A DNA stretch of 64,000 bases from an uncultured bacterium (lineage in GTDB: Bacteria; Babelota; Babeliae; Babelales; Vermiphilaceae): positions 1,216,001-1,280,000 of the forward strand of contig OY968764.1 of NCBI GenBank assembly GCA_963695335.1, given 5' to 3'. Position 1 is the first letter of the stretch. The number at the start of each line of letters is the position of its first letter. The notes beneath the pieces are model-generated. The model searched no databases. It was given only the letters and a program-made list of their open reading frames with translations, and was not told where the DNA came from. Of the stretch, positions 41,293 to 52,041 are shown piece after piece. A program made the position numbers and the translations under genes.

Positions 41293-41412
41293 CCCGCACC
41301 TTTCGATACATTCTACTACGTTACACTTCGTAGAACACTCAAGGCGAGCGGGTTAAATTCTTTCTTCCGTTCGCCCTGAGTGTTTTTTGTCTTCAAAAAA
41401 TGTATCGAAGGG
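41293..41412. repeat. Inverted pair of REP-like type A elements
   Basis: 41293-41352 TTCGATACA-TTCTAC..GTAGAA-CACTCAAGGCGAGCGG; 41367-41412 CCGTTCGCCCTGAGTG..TGTATCGAAGGG. Confidence 0.88.
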
Positions 41413-41458
41413 TGTAAACTTATTAATTATCTTTAATACAACAACAAGGCGAAATATA

Positions 41459-43723
41459 ATGCGTGACACTTTTAATACCTTCCTCCAAAACAACCTCAAC
41501 CCATCACAACAAAAAGCAGTACTCCATGAAGCAGGACCAGTTTTGGTTATTGCAGGCGCAGGTTCAGGTAAAACACGCGTTATTACCGCACGCATCACTC
41601 ATTTGATTGTAAATAAAAACATCAATCCATCATCAATCATAGCACTCACATTCACCAATAAAGCTGCACATGAAATGCGTGAACGTATTGCATCATTTTT
41701 GGGCAATCAAAGCAATCTCCCTTTTATTGGTACCTTTCACTCGTATTGTGTACAGTTGTTAAAAAGATACCAGGAACATTTACCCAATGAGTTCTTTTCT
41801 ATTTTAGATAGTGATGATCAGCAAAAAATGATTCAAGCTATTTTACAACGTAATGGATTGCAAAAACAGTTCACCGCAAAAAATGTTGCATACCAAATAT
41901 CGCAAATGAAAAATCATACAGCTGATCCAGCACATCCAGCAACGGAACAGCTAACACATCCCATGCTCACTGAAATTTACAACGCGTATGAAACGGAAAA
42001 AAGAGCTTCTAAAGCTCTTGATTTTGATGATTTATTACTCGAAACATTACGCCTATTTAAAAAAAATAACATAGTAAAAAACAGATTTCAGGAAAAAATT
42101 CGTCACATTTTGGTTGATGAGTATCAAGACACCAACATTGTCCAACATGAACTGCTCAAAGCAATGGCAATGACTGATAATGTGCTCGCGGTAGATTCAG
42201 TATGCGCGGTTGGCGATGAAGACCAATCTATCTATTCATGGCGTGGTGCTAATGCAAGTAACATGGCACACTTTAAAAAAGTTTTTCACGATACTACCAC
42301 AATCACCATTGAGCAAAATTATCGCTCCGTACAACAGATATTAACGATTGCAAACCACACCATACAAAACAATAGTGAACGAACTCCAAAAAAGTTGTGG
42401 TCAGAAAAAAAAGGTAACAACCGCGTTTACAAAATGCTCTGCTTATCCGAGTATCAAGAAGCACGTTCTATTGCACAACTATTGCTTGTTGCAAAATCAA
42501 AGTATGGCCTTAACAACATTGGCATATTGTATCGCACACACACACAATCACGGGCGATTGAAGAAGCATTACTTAAAGATTCAATTCCGTACCGCATTAT
42601 CGGCGGTATTCAATTTTATGAACGCAAAGAAATTAAAGATTTACTCGCGTATCTCAAAATTATTGCAAATCCCTTTGATCGCACCTCTTTTTTCCGCATT
42701 ATCAATATTCCCGCACGTGGATTAGGTGATAAATTTGAAGCACTTTTTTATGCACAGTGGGCACAGCAACCATTTGCAACATGGCGTGACATTATCCAAC
42801 AACTGACAGAAAACAACAGCTTAGGAACAACCAAAGCAGCAATCTTACATGTTTTTGCTGAAATGTTTGATGGTATTGAACCAACAACAGCACCAAGCAA
42901 AGCAGTTGAACAGATTATTTTTCATACAAAATATTTAACATATATCAAAAACAACGAAGAACCAGCTGAAGCCCAGATACGTCTTGATAACATTAAAGAG
43001 CTTTTAGATGCGCTTGATCATTTTGAAAAAAATGGCACAAAAACAATCACTGCCTTTCTTGATGAAGTTGCACTCATGCAAGATCAAATGAATAAACAAA
43101 ATAGAGACAAACATGCAGTTTCTTTAATGACACTCCATGCTGCAAAAGGTTTAGAATTTGATTTGGTTATTTTACCAGGAATAGAAGAAAGCATTATTCC
43201 CACAACACGCTCACTCATGTCCAACAATGCGCTTGAAGAAGAACGACGTCTTTTTTACGTTGGCATCACTCGCGCACGTGAACACTTAATGATCTCTTAC
43301 GTAAAACACCGCTATTCATATGGCCAAATGGTTGACCAATTCCCTTCACGTTTTTTACGTGAAATACCTAACAATTTATTACCACTCGAAGATTGTTCAT
43401 ACTGGAATGCAACACAATCACATCAATTCTTTTCTGATTGGCTAGGGGTGCAAGGTAAAATTTCTGATGTTTATATCCCTCACACGTATACTGCAGCTAC
43501 GCAAAAACCAACTCCAGTCAAAAAACAACAATCGACTGAAAACCATAAAACTTCAGCTGTTTCTAACTCAACCTGGAAAAAAAACCAACCCGTCAAACAT
43601 GCAAAATATGGAATTGGTACCATTCAAGATGTTGAAGAAAAAACAAATGGCGACATACATTTATCAATTCAATTTAAGATTGGTTTAAAGAAAATTGTTG
43701 CGCAATTTGTGCAAAAAATATAA
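41459..43723 (+). CDS. uvrD: ATP-dependent DNA helicase UvrD/PcrA
   Basis: AGAGSGKT, TFTNKAA, DEYQD, VGDEDQSIY, QNYRS, MTLHAAKGLEF, EERRLFYVGITRA; start moved to the ATG outside the REP. Confidence 0.95.
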   Translation: MRDTFNTFLQNNLNPSQQKAVLHEAGPVLVIAGAGSGKTRVITARITHLIVNKNINPSSIIALTFTNKAAHEMRERIASFLGNQSNLPFIGTFHSYCVQLLKRYQEHLPNEFFSILDSDDQQKMIQAILQRNGLQKQFTAKNVAYQISQMKNHTADPAHPATEQLTHPMLTEIYNAYETEKRASKALDFDDLLLETLRLFKKNNIVKNRFQEKIRHILVDEYQDTNIVQHELLKAMAMTDNVLAVDSVCAVGDEDQSIYSWRGANASNMAHFKKVFHDTTTITIEQNYRSVQQILTIANHTIQNNSERTPKKLWSEKKGNNRVYKMLCLSEYQEARSIAQLLLVAKSKYGLNNIGILYRTHTQSRAIEEALLKDSIPYRIIGGIQFYERKEIKDLLAYLKIIANPFDRTSFFRIINIPARGLGDKFEALFYAQWAQQPFATWRDIIQQLTENNSLGTTKAAILHVFAEMFDGIEPTTAPSKAVEQIIFHTKYLTYIKNNEEPAEAQIRLDNIKELLDALDHFEKNGTKTITAFLDEVALMQDQMNKQNRDKHAVSLMTLHAAKGLEFDLVILPGIEESIIPTTRSLMSNNALEEERRLFYVGITRAREHLMISYVKHRYSYGQMVDQFPSRFLREIPNNLLPLEDCSYWNATQSHQFFSDWLGVQGKISDVYIPHTYTAATQKPTPVKKQQSTENHKTSAVSNSTWKKNQPVKHAKYGIGTIQDVEEKTNGDIHLSIQFKIGLKKIVAQFVQKI

Positions 43724-43733
43724 CACTTACAAC

Positions 43734-44489
43734 ATGAATAAACCAACATTATACCTTGATGTTTGTACCGAATTTTTTGATTTGGATAAGCCAGTAGCGT
43801 CACTGGAAGAATATGCTTTTTTTTATGATTATCTTTCACAAGCACAAGGCCCCATTTTAGAGCCAATGTGCGGCACGGGAAGATATCTCATTCCATACCT
43901 AGAAGAAGGTTTTAATATAGAAGGTTTTGATGCTTCGCCATTTATGCTCAAAGCATTGCACGATAAATGCGCACAAAAAAGTTTAAATCCACACGTATGG
44001 GAACAGTTCTTAGAAGATGTACCGACTACCAAACAATACAATCTTATTTTTATTCCTGACAGCTCTTTTTCTTTGTTTGTAGATTACAAACAAATTAAAA
44101 TGTGCTTACAAAAAATATATGAACTTCTGGAAAATGGCGGCACATTTGTTTTTGATGTTGAAACAGTATACGCAATACCCAATAAAGTTGGTGTATGGCA
44201 AGGAAAAGCGTACAAAAAAACTGACGGCAAAGTTGTTATGTGCAGCACACTGCCACTACCAATAGAAAACAATATTGCAACAGTTATGTGCCGCTACGAA
44301 CTGATTGATAAAACAGAGATCATCAAAACAGAAATGGAATACTTTCAGATTAAACTCTATGATCCACATGAAATGGATGCATTACTCAAAGAAGTTGGGT
44401 TTTCTCACATAAAAAAAGTTGCTGCGTATGATCACACAGCAACCCCATCAACATACGACTACACAATTGTATATGAATGCATAAAATAA
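43734..44489 (+). CDS. Class I SAM-dependent methyltransferase
   Basis: ILEPMCGTGR, GFDAS..ML, LENGGTFVFD. Confidence 0.9.
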   Translation: MNKPTLYLDVCTEFFDLDKPVASLEEYAFFYDYLSQAQGPILEPMCGTGRYLIPYLEEGFNIEGFDASPFMLKALHDKCAQKSLNPHVWEQFLEDVPTTKQYNLIFIPDSSFSLFVDYKQIKMCLQKIYELLENGGTFVFDVETVYAIPNKVGVWQGKAYKKTDGKVVMCSTLPLPIENNIATVMCRYELIDKTEIIKTEMEYFQIKLYDPHEMDALLKEVGFSHIKKVAAYDHTATPSTYDYTIVYECIK

Positions 44490-44504
44490 AGTATATAACT
44501 TATT

Positions 44505-45479
44505 TTATTTCTCTTCATACTTCTTTTTTATTGCTTGCTCAAGAAGATTAATAATCGCATCTTTATCCTCAAATATATTCCAACTTGTTTTTTTGATATA
44601 TGCAAGAGGTGTAACCCCATTAAAATTAGTAAGTTCAGGGTCTGCCCCTGCATCAAGAAGAGAATTTATAACATCTGTATCATCACCGACTACTACAAGA
44701 GCATGCATTAAAGCAGTATTGCCATTAAAATCTTGCTGATTTATATTAAACTTTTTATGAGCAGTAATTAATTTTTGAAAGTCTGAATGTAAATCATACG
44801 AACATCCCGATTCTGCCGCTACCATAAGTGGTGTTATACCTTCATTATTTGCAAAATTTATATCTGCACCCAAACTAACAAGAAAATCAAAAAGAGGTAT
44901 ATCAAACCCCTTTGCAGCATACATTAAAACAGTTTTACCAGACTTATAAATAAAATTTATATCCGCTCCCTCTTTGCATAACTGTTGTATTTTGTCCTTA
45001 TATTTATTCCACTTATCATCACAAACATATGAATACAATTTTTTTTGCAAACCAAATTGTCGCTGCACTTCTTTTGTTGCTACTGCCTTTGCTGCTTCTT
45101 CATCAGACGTTTTAAATTTCTTGGCGAGAAATCTTACAAGATCAAAACAAAACTGTGATTGATTCATTAAACCATTCAAATCTTTATTTGTTCTTGCAAG
45201 AGCATTAATTGCTTTTCCTGCTTCTTTTAAAGATTCAGCATTACTATACTGACTTAATAAACTAATAATGTGGTGTTGAATTTCTAAAGGTAATTCAACA
45301 AAATTAAAAGAAGTAGAAGATTCTGATTTAATATATAAAAAAAATTGATCAACAGAACCAAGGATAGAATTTTTTAATACATTCATCCAATCGGATGATT
45401 CAGGTTCCATACCATGGATAGTAAACAGACTTGTCATCAACATAACTACACTTAATAATGTCCTTTTCACCATCTTCAT
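44505..45479 (-). CDS. Secreted F-box-like + ankyrin repeat protein
   Basis: Signal ending HGME; FVELPLEIQHHII; ankyrins GKTVLMYAA, GITPLMVAA, GNTALMHA, GVTPL. Confidence 0.85.
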   Translation of the reverse strand: MKMVKRTLLSVVMLMTSLFTIHGMEPESSDWMNVLKNSILGSVDQFFLYIKSESSTSFNFVELPLEIQHHIISLLSQYSNAESLKEAGKAINALARTNKDLNGLMNQSQFCFDLVRFLAKKFKTSDEEAAKAVATKEVQRQFGLQKKLYSYVCDDKWNKYKDKIQQLCKEGADINFIYKSGKTVLMYAAKGFDIPLFDFLVSLGADINFANNEGITPLMVAAESGCSYDLHSDFQKLITAHKKFNINQQDFNGNTALMHALVVVGDDTDVINSLLDAGADPELTNFNGVTPLAYIKKTSWNIFEDKDAIINLLEQAIKKKYEEK

Positions 45480-45579
45480 TTGATATCCTTACTTTATACA
45501 TTTATAGTTAATACTACGATAACAGTAGCAGATCAGATTTCAAATTGTCAATAACTTAAAATAGATGGTGATCATAACA

Positions 45580-47073
45580 ATGTATCGAAACCTAAAATCT
45601 CTCATGTTTTTGTTCCTATTAATTGATCCCATTTTATCTGCATGCGAATATCATCATCTGGAAAATAATATTCCTGAGACAAAAGTTCATTTTACTGAGC
45701 CAAAAACAAAATCATCACAACAACAACTATTTCCATCTACTTCTCGAAATAGACAGTTATGTCACTTAATAAGAAACAACCTCATTCAACACACATCGCC
45801 TACTTATAATCAAAATTTTTCATTTCTTAACAACGGTTCTTCACTATCTTACGTACACAATGGCTTCAAGCATCAACGCCACAATGCAATCGAACAATTC
45901 ACACATAATAACCCAGATATATATACAATTTATTGCCAAAATTACTTTCTTCCAGAACTATCAAAACAATACCTTATCGCTCATAACATAGATATTGAAC
46001 TATTTACATTATGCGAAGGCAATATACTCCAACACATTATTCATCAAGAATTTATTGTATTAACCGATACAACAGCCCATCTCTGGAATGAGAGAAAAAA
46101 TTCAGCCGATATCAAAGAGCTAACTTCTGTAATTGCAGATTTTGCAAGCGCCGGCGTTGCTTTTAATCACATTGGAGAAATACAAAAAGCAATAACCTTA
46201 GCCGATGCCGGATGGACAATCCTTGATTGTATGCAAGCTGCAAGCGAAGGATTTATAGAAGGAATAACATCAGTTACCCATACGGTATTACATCCTATTG
46301 AAGCAGCACAAAATCTTACCCAAACAATAACTACCTGTGGGTATTACTTAAGCATAGCCTTCAATGAAATCAATACTGTTGCAAATGCCCTTGGAGATGG
46401 AAAATTTGATGTAGCTTACAATAGATACAATATATGGAGTGAACACTGTAAAAATATTTCTCAAGCATTAAGTGAACAATGTAAAGATTTAAAATTACGC
46501 GATGTTGTTAAAGCCTTAACCCAAACAGCCGTGGAATGCTACGCAACAACGCGAGCTCTCAACGGTTTTAATACATTTTTTAAGCATGCTCATCATAATG
46601 CTGCACAAATTACTCAAAAAATAAGTAATGGTGCACAAGAAAGCACCTTATTAATGTCTACTGAAGGCATCCCTATACGAGTTGCACAAGAAGTTATCAC
46701 ACAAGCAAAAAAATTACCTCGATCAAATGATAAACTATTGCAACTGCTTTCAAAATTTGAATCTCAAAAAATAAAGGTTGGAAATATCACCTGTGTCCTT
46801 GATAAAAAAGGCTTAAAGCACATTCTTGAAAGACACCACCCATTATATTGGAACGGTACAACAAAAGGTATTCAAACCTTTTTACACGAAAAAACAACAA
46901 TTCAAGATATTGTGCATATTATCAAACAGGTGATAAAACAAAATAGAAAAATAATTGTACAAAATAAAATTATAGATGGGCAAATAGATGGCGTTATTAA
47001 AAATATTGTCTACAGAGTTGGATTTAAACAAGGAAGAGTAGGCCAATTTTATACCCCACTTAATCTATTATAA
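45580..47073 (+). CDS. Putative polymorphic toxin with C-terminal nuclease-like domain
   Basis: N-terminal signal (ILSAC); central HPIEAAQNL; C-terminal LDKKGLKHILERHHP.YW...GRVGQFY. Confidence 0.65.
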   Translation: MYRNLKSLMFLFLLIDPILSACEYHHLENNIPETKVHFTEPKTKSSQQQLFPSTSRNRQLCHLIRNNLIQHTSPTYNQNFSFLNNGSSLSYVHNGFKHQRHNAIEQFTHNNPDIYTIYCQNYFLPELSKQYLIAHNIDIELFTLCEGNILQHIIHQEFIVLTDTTAHLWNERKNSADIKELTSVIADFASAGVAFNHIGEIQKAITLADAGWTILDCMQAASEGFIEGITSVTHTVLHPIEAAQNLTQTITTCGYYLSIAFNEINTVANALGDGKFDVAYNRYNIWSEHCKNISQALSEQCKDLKLRDVVKALTQTAVECYATTRALNGFNTFFKHAHHNAAQITQKISNGAQESTLLMSTEGIPIRVAQEVITQAKKLPRSNDKLLQLLSKFESQKIKVGNITCVLDKKGLKHILERHHPLYWNGTTKGIQTFLHEKTTIQDIVHIIKQVIKQNRKIIVQNKIIDGQIDGVIKNIVYRVGFKQGRVGQFYTPLNLL

Positions 47074-47089
47074 AGGCGAAAGATTAGAT

Positions 47090-47626
47090 ATGTTCATAAT
47101 CAAATCATACATCCATTACCCAAACAGGCCAATTTACGACTTAAAAAAAGTCGAAGAGAATCCCTTATATTATTTTATCGATATCAATAACGCAAAAGAA
47201 ATTTTACGAATAAAAAATGATTTAGATTTGGATTATATAGAAGGTGTTTTACATTTGTCTTATAACAACAAAACCATTATTCCTTTTACCTACTATGATT
47301 TAATCGATCAATTGTGGGCATATTTTTTAAATATGATAGAGGAATTTTTACAAAAAAATTTTTCAGAAATTTCTTTTCCCGATCAACCACTACCAATGTC
47401 AATGAGTAATATATCTGACGACTACATACTTTTTTCGATTAACTTCGTTCAATGGAAATTACCTAAATATGAATTTTTCAATGCTTTATTAATGGGAGCA
47501 AAGGATTTTTTTGAAAAAATGATCTTATTAATTGAAGAAGAAAAAAAATATTCTATATATCAATTAAATAAAATAAAAAAATTAGAACTCAAAATTACCA
47601 GTTTAAAAAAGCAAACCTATCCCTAA
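47090..47626 (+). CDS. Putative cognate immunity protein
   Basis: Small, very AT-rich gene directly downstream; YIEG..DLIDQLWAY..FPDQP. Confidence 0.6.
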   Translation: MFIIKSYIHYPNRPIYDLKKVEENPLYYFIDINNAKEILRIKNDLDLDYIEGVLHLSYNNKTIIPFTYYDLIDQLWAYFLNMIEEFLQKNFSEISFPDQPLPMSMSNISDDYILFSINFVQWKLPKYEFFNALLMGAKDFFEKMILLIEEEKKYSIYQLNKIKKLELKITSLKKQTYP

Positions 47627-48549
47627 AATACATGATTTTTTATATACTTCTGCAAAAAATCAACCACATATGTTGTTATCATCTCTTGCGCATGCGCACC
47701 ATCCATAAGCCATGATTGTATTATTGAATCTGGAGTAAATGCGTAATCAGAAAATGTATCGTGCACAATACCGTCAATAATTACTGTTTCCGCTTGAGGT
47801 GATAATACAATAAAAGCATTCAAGGCTGGAAGCCACATCTTATTAAAATACCATCTCCAAAAAAATGAAGAATGATTAGGAACTTTACCCAATGAGGTAA
47901 TCTGTCCTGGTACAACAGATGTACCAATAATACACATCACCGGCTTATTAAAGGGAATATGGCAACCAGTACCACACAATGGGCCATCAAGACTAACGGC
48001 TGCTAAAACACAATTCTCTTTACGACACATTTGTAATGCTGTTGATCCACCTAAAGAATGCCCAACAATACCAACACGTGATACATTAATGCTATTATAT
48101 AATGGATCACCCTCACATGAATTATAACGTACACATTCATTAAGTGCGCATATCATATCTGCAACCCACATGTCAGTTTCAATATCAAACATATGTTTTT
48201 CTTTAAAAAAATGAACATTCCGAGAGGGAAAAAGATATGGTGATTGTGTACCATCAAGAAATTGAACTGGTTTACATCCATACGTATGGGAAACACTTGC
48301 CACAACATAACCATGTGATGCAATATTCTTGCATAATGCTTTGTACGTCATACCATTATATGTTCCACCAAGCCCATGTGAAAAAAGAATTAACGGATAT
48401 TGTTGTTTTTGTTCAGCACGTGGAATCCAAACATGCATCATGCATTGCCGATATGAGAGACTAACAGAATGTGGATACACCTCTTGACGGGATGTATCCA
48501 CAATACAATATTCAACAAAATTAACGGGAATTTTAGTTGCTGAGCGCAA
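47623..48549 (-). CDS. Alpha/beta hydrolase (PAF-acetylhydrolase-like); start uncertain
   Basis: PLILFSHGLGG, ASHGYVV, GHSLGG, SLDG, HDTFSD. Confidence 0.85.
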   Translation of the reverse strand: MRSATKIPVNFVEYCIVDTSRQEVYPHSVSLSYRQCMMHVWIPRAEQKQQYPLILFSHGLGGTYNGMTYKALCKNIASHGYVVASVSHTYGCKPVQFLDGTQSPYLFPSRNVHFFKEKHMFDIETDMWVADMICALNECVRYNSCEGDPLYNSINVSRVGIVGHSLGGSTALQMCRKENCVLAAVSLDGPLCGTGCHIPFNKPVMCIIGTSVVPGQITSLGKVPNHSSFFWRWYFNKMWLPALNAFIVLSPQAETVIIDGIVHDTFSDYAFTPDSIIQSWLMDGAHAQEMITTYVVDFLQKYIKNHVF

Positions 48550-48573
48550 CTATAAAAACAAAAAAAAAGAATA

Positions 48574-49050
48574 CTAAATTTTACTCTCTTCAATTTCTTT
48601 CCATGCAGCATCTTTACCCACAAAGCCTTTTACCTTGGTCCACTTGCCTGGCTCAGTATCTTTATACTGTTCAAAAAAGTGCTTAATTAACTTCAGTTTT
48701 GCTTCGCTGACATCAGACACATCTTGAACGTTAGAAAAAAAGGGATCAACTTTTACAGAAGGTACCGCAATAATCTTATTATCAATACCTGATTCATCTT
48801 CCATTTCAAGCATACCAATAACACGTGATGGTAATACCGCACCTGCTTGAACGGGATGTGTAGAAATAACCACCACATCAACAGCATCACCATCTTTTGA
48901 TAAGGTGTTAGGCAAATATCCATAATTAAACGGATAACCCATAGCAGTGTGAATAAAACGATCAACAGCTAATATGCCAGTCTCTTTATCCACTTCATAT
49001 TTAACCATTGAACTTTTAGGAATTTCTATCAAAACGTTAATTTCTTGCAT
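48574..49050 (-). CDS. ppa: Inorganic pyrophosphatase (family I)
   Basis: IEIPK..VKYEVDK, YPFNYGY, DGDAVD, MEDESGIDNK, HFFEQYK. Confidence 0.95.
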   Translation of the reverse strand: MQEINVLIEIPKSSMVKYEVDKETGILAVDRFIHTAMGYPFNYGYLPNTLSKDGDAVDVVVISTHPVQAGAVLPSRVIGMLEMEDESGIDNKIIAVPSVKVDPFFSNVQDVSDVSEAKLKLIKHFFEQYKDTEPGKWTKVKGFVGKDAAWKEIEESKI

Positions 49051-49066
49051 GTATGTAACCCCCAAT

Positions 49067-49096
49067 CCCTACTTCGCTTTAAAAAGCTTCGAAGGG
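49067..49096 (-). repeat. REP-like hairpin type C
   Basis: Reverse complement CCCTTC GAAG CTTTTTAAAGC GAA GTAGGG. Confidence 0.7.
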
Positions 49097-49126
49097 TAAA
49101 ATAAAATAATTACTAAAATAATTATA

Positions 49127-50314
49127 TCAAAATTTTAGCAAAAGCACCATAGCTACAAAACTCAATACAGCCGCATACAGCAACCCTGCCCCAGGAGCAA
49201 TAGTAGACCACAAAGCACCCACAATAATGCTGGAAAGCAAATCCCCAATCCCATCAACAGATTGTAATATTCCCATTCCCGTCCCACGCACGGATTCAGG
49301 TAAAATATAAGCTGCATGAGCTTTTTCCAATGCTTTGACTGTTCCTGCACTAAACCCTGCACACCCAAAAAATAATAGCCAAAACCATATTGAAATGGTA
49401 TTGACCATAAATCCAAGCGCTGTAATACCAAAAAACCCAAAGCCAAAAAGTGCTAACAACTTTTTCCGATCAACATAATCACTCAAAGTTCCCATGCCAA
49501 ATTCACCACATGCGCGAATAATATTAAAAAAAGCATACAACAAAACCCCTTGCGCTGTTGCAACCATAAACGAATGCCCCTGTCCAAAGAGATCTTGAAC
49601 ACGATAAATCAATAATACGATATTAAAATTCCCAACGCCAAATAAAAACATTATCCATAAAAAATATATAAATTCTGATGGGAGAGCTTTCATTTGTTCT
49701 TTAAAAGAAACTACAAGCAGAGCACCTGGTTCTGTTTCTGCTTTGTCTTCTTTTGTTAAAATAATAATAGAAAGTGCTGCAAAAATAGCTGGTATACCTG
49801 ACAAGAAAAAAATTGATGAAAGCGTATAATTCCTCTGCAATAATACAAATACGGTTAATGGACCAATCAATGCACCCAATGTATCCCATGCACGCTGCAA
49901 ACCAAAAGCACGTCCATAAAATGCTGGTGGAACAATTTTAGCAATCCATGTATCGCGCATTGGTTCTCTAATGCCCTTTGTAAGCCATGCACCTACTTTA
50001 TATATAAAAACCATTATTACTGAGTGCGTTGTTCCAATTAATGCAAGAAAAATGCCTACAAAAGCATACCCAACAATTAAAAACGGTTTATAATAAGGAA
50101 CTCTATCAGCAAGCCATCCTGATAACAATTTTGTTACCGTTGCAGCTGCATCAGCAACTCCCTGAATTAATCCAAGTGCAATTGGTACATACATTGGACC
50201 AACCAATTGTGCAACAAACATTGGTAAAATTCCTGTTGTCATTTCATGGCACCAGTCACCAAAAAAACTGGCTGAACAAAAACCAATCATATTTCTATTC
50301 AGCCAGCTTTTCAT
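49127..50314 (-). CDS. MFS transporter
   Basis: About 12 TM segments; SGWLADR and GTLSDYVDRK motif A; GRAFG..RAWD..GA..GP. Confidence 0.9.
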   Translation of the reverse strand: MKSWLNRNMIGFCSASFFGDWCHEMTTGILPMFVAQLVGPMYVPIALGLIQGVADAAATVTKLLSGWLADRVPYYKPFLIVGYAFVGIFLALIGTTHSVIMVFIYKVGAWLTKGIREPMRDTWIAKIVPPAFYGRAFGLQRAWDTLGALIGPLTVFVLLQRNYTLSSIFFLSGIPAIFAALSIIILTKEDKAETEPGALLVVSFKEQMKALPSEFIYFLWIMFLFGVGNFNIVLLIYRVQDLFGQGHSFMVATAQGVLLYAFFNIIRACGEFGMGTLSDYVDRKKLLALFGFGFFGITALGFMVNTISIWFWLLFFGCAGFSAGTVKALEKAHAAYILPESVRGTGMGILQSVDGIGDLLSSIIVGALWSTIAPGAGLLYAAVLSFVAMVLLLKF

Positions 50315-50339
50315 ATATTTTCCTTAATGTTTATGGTAT

Positions 50340-52031
50340 CTATATCTTTTCAGCTTTTACCAACAGCTTCTTACCAAAAAATGCAATGGAATAAACAATA
50401 ACATTGTTAACTGATTGCGCATGCAACTCTTGTATGTAATTATTGTCTTTAACTTGTTCCAATCCTTGAGATACTGCCTTTTCAAAATCATGCTGACTAT
50501 CAGAATCAGCTTTTTTACATTCAATAATAATACCCATCAATGCCTTATCTTTTGGAATCAACATAAGATCATAACGACCATCGCCGCTCTCACGATTTGA
50601 CCGTACATGATAAGCATCACTTAAAAAAAGTAACATTCCTAAAATAAAAAGATGATAACTTTTTTCAGGTTCATCATAAGAAAAATCATAATAACTCATA
50701 CTATTAGCTACAAACTCTTGTAACGATTTTGAAAAACGTTCAACATCACCATTTTTTAATGCATTGAGCATTGAGGTAATTGATGTAATTTTCAGAGAGT
50801 CGATAAAAATAGCCTTCAAAAGATCATAATATAAGCCTTCTATCTCATTATTTGGTATAACCAATAAGCATAAATATTTTCCTTGCTTGGTTAGTGTGCG
50901 TTCTGCATACGTAATGTAACCAGTAAATAAAAGTAAGTTCCATAAGAAATCAGGATCACGATCAGCATCAGAAAAAGAAAAGGCTTCATTGATCTGTTTA
51001 ATTAAAGGTTTTTTGGTAAGTAATTGCTCAAGCTCTTTTTTAGTATCTTCATGAGATTGGGCGATACATTTTTTGATAAGAAGATTGTCACTTGTATTCA
51101 CCCAATATGCTTGCAACACTCCTTTATTGCGTGCACACTCTAATATTGACCATGGATTATAAAGTAAAACATCTTTGCCTGCATGATAACCATTATACCA
51201 ATCTTTAATGACCTCTGAAGAAACTGCGACATCCTGATTTTTTAATAGATCATCAACTTCACAAGAAACAAAACCAAATTTATCAGCGAATGCATCGTGT
51301 AATAATGTACAAACATTCAAATTATTCAGCCCAGAAAAAATACCTTCTTTGGCGGTACGTAAAATTCCAGTTAACACAGCACGCCAAAGGTGTTTATTAT
51401 CTTTAAACCCCGCAGATAAAAAACCTCTCATAAAATCAATCATTTCATCATAATAGCCATAATTATAAGAAGCATGAATTGGCGTATCATACTCATCAAT
51501 AAGTAAAACAACACGCTTCTTTGTAATAGTTTCTAATAGCATACTGAGAAACAATAAACTTTGATTAAGATCAGTATAAGAACTATTTCCCTCAGCAAGC
51601 GCTTGAAATATGGTAAAATCATCCCGATCAATCACATGAGCATTCGCCTCTATAAAAACGCGGTGCCGTTTATACTCTCTTGCAATCAATGTTACTATTT
51701 TATCATACGCTGCTTGCCACGTTTTTTCTTTGATATCTTTAAATGTCAAAAAAATAACAGGGTATTGTCCTTGCAATGAACGGCATGTTTCATCCTGCCA
51801 AATAGCTTTATCACTGAATAAATGTGCATTACTTTCATCCGTTTTTTCAAAAAAGTAATGCAGCATAGATAAATTAAGTGTTTTTCCAAATCTTCGTGGA
51901 CGACAAATCAATGCAACACCACCACCAACCTGCAACAACTCTTGAATGAAAAGCGTTTTATCAACGTAATAATATCCATCTTCAATAAGAGTCTTATAGT
52001 CACTAATACCGATTGGCAATGGTCTTTTCAT
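50340..52031 (-). CDS. AAA-ATPase-like protein with C-terminal PD-(D/E)XK nuclease domain
   Basis: LPIGISDY, YYVDKT, RPRRFGKTLN, LIDEYD, WYNGY, SNRESGDGRYD..IIECK; start set at MKRPL because the 52049 ATG lies inside a repeat remnant. Confidence 0.88.
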   Translation of the reverse strand: MKRPLPIGISDYKTLIEDGYYYVDKTLFIQELLQVGGGVALICRPRRFGKTLNLSMLHYFFEKTDESNAHLFSDKAIWQDETCRSLQGQYPVIFLTFKDIKEKTWQAAYDKIVTLIAREYKRHRVFIEANAHVIDRDDFTIFQALAEGNSSYTDLNQSLLFLSMLLETITKKRVVLLIDEYDTPIHASYNYGYYDEMIDFMRGFLSAGFKDNKHLWRAVLTGILRTAKEGIFSGLNNLNVCTLLHDAFADKFGFVSCEVDDLLKNQDVAVSSEVIKDWYNGYHAGKDVLLYNPWSILECARNKGVLQAYWVNTSDNLLIKKCIAQSHEDTKKELEQLLTKKPLIKQINEAFSFSDADRDPDFLWNLLLFTGYITYAERTLTKQGKYLCLLVIPNNEIEGLYYDLLKAIFIDSLKITSITSMLNALKNGDVERFSKSLQEFVANSMSYYDFSYDEPEKSYHLFILGMLLFLSDAYHVRSNRESGDGRYDLMLIPKDKALMGIIIECKKADSDSQHDFEKAVSQGLEQVKDNNYIQELHAQSVNNVIVYSIAFFGKKLLVKAEKI

Positions 52032-52041
52032 TATTTTTCCT

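Noticed and set aside
39348..41412. Recurrent 45-55-bp repeats as a CRISPR array
   Set aside because: Copies are dispersed, occur as inverted doublets and vary internally. There are no regular spacers and no cas genes.
41353..41598. 81-aa minus-strand ORF and the 24-aa upstream extension of uvrD (41387)
   Set aside because: Antisense to uvrD and derived from repeat sequence; uvrD homology starts at 41459.
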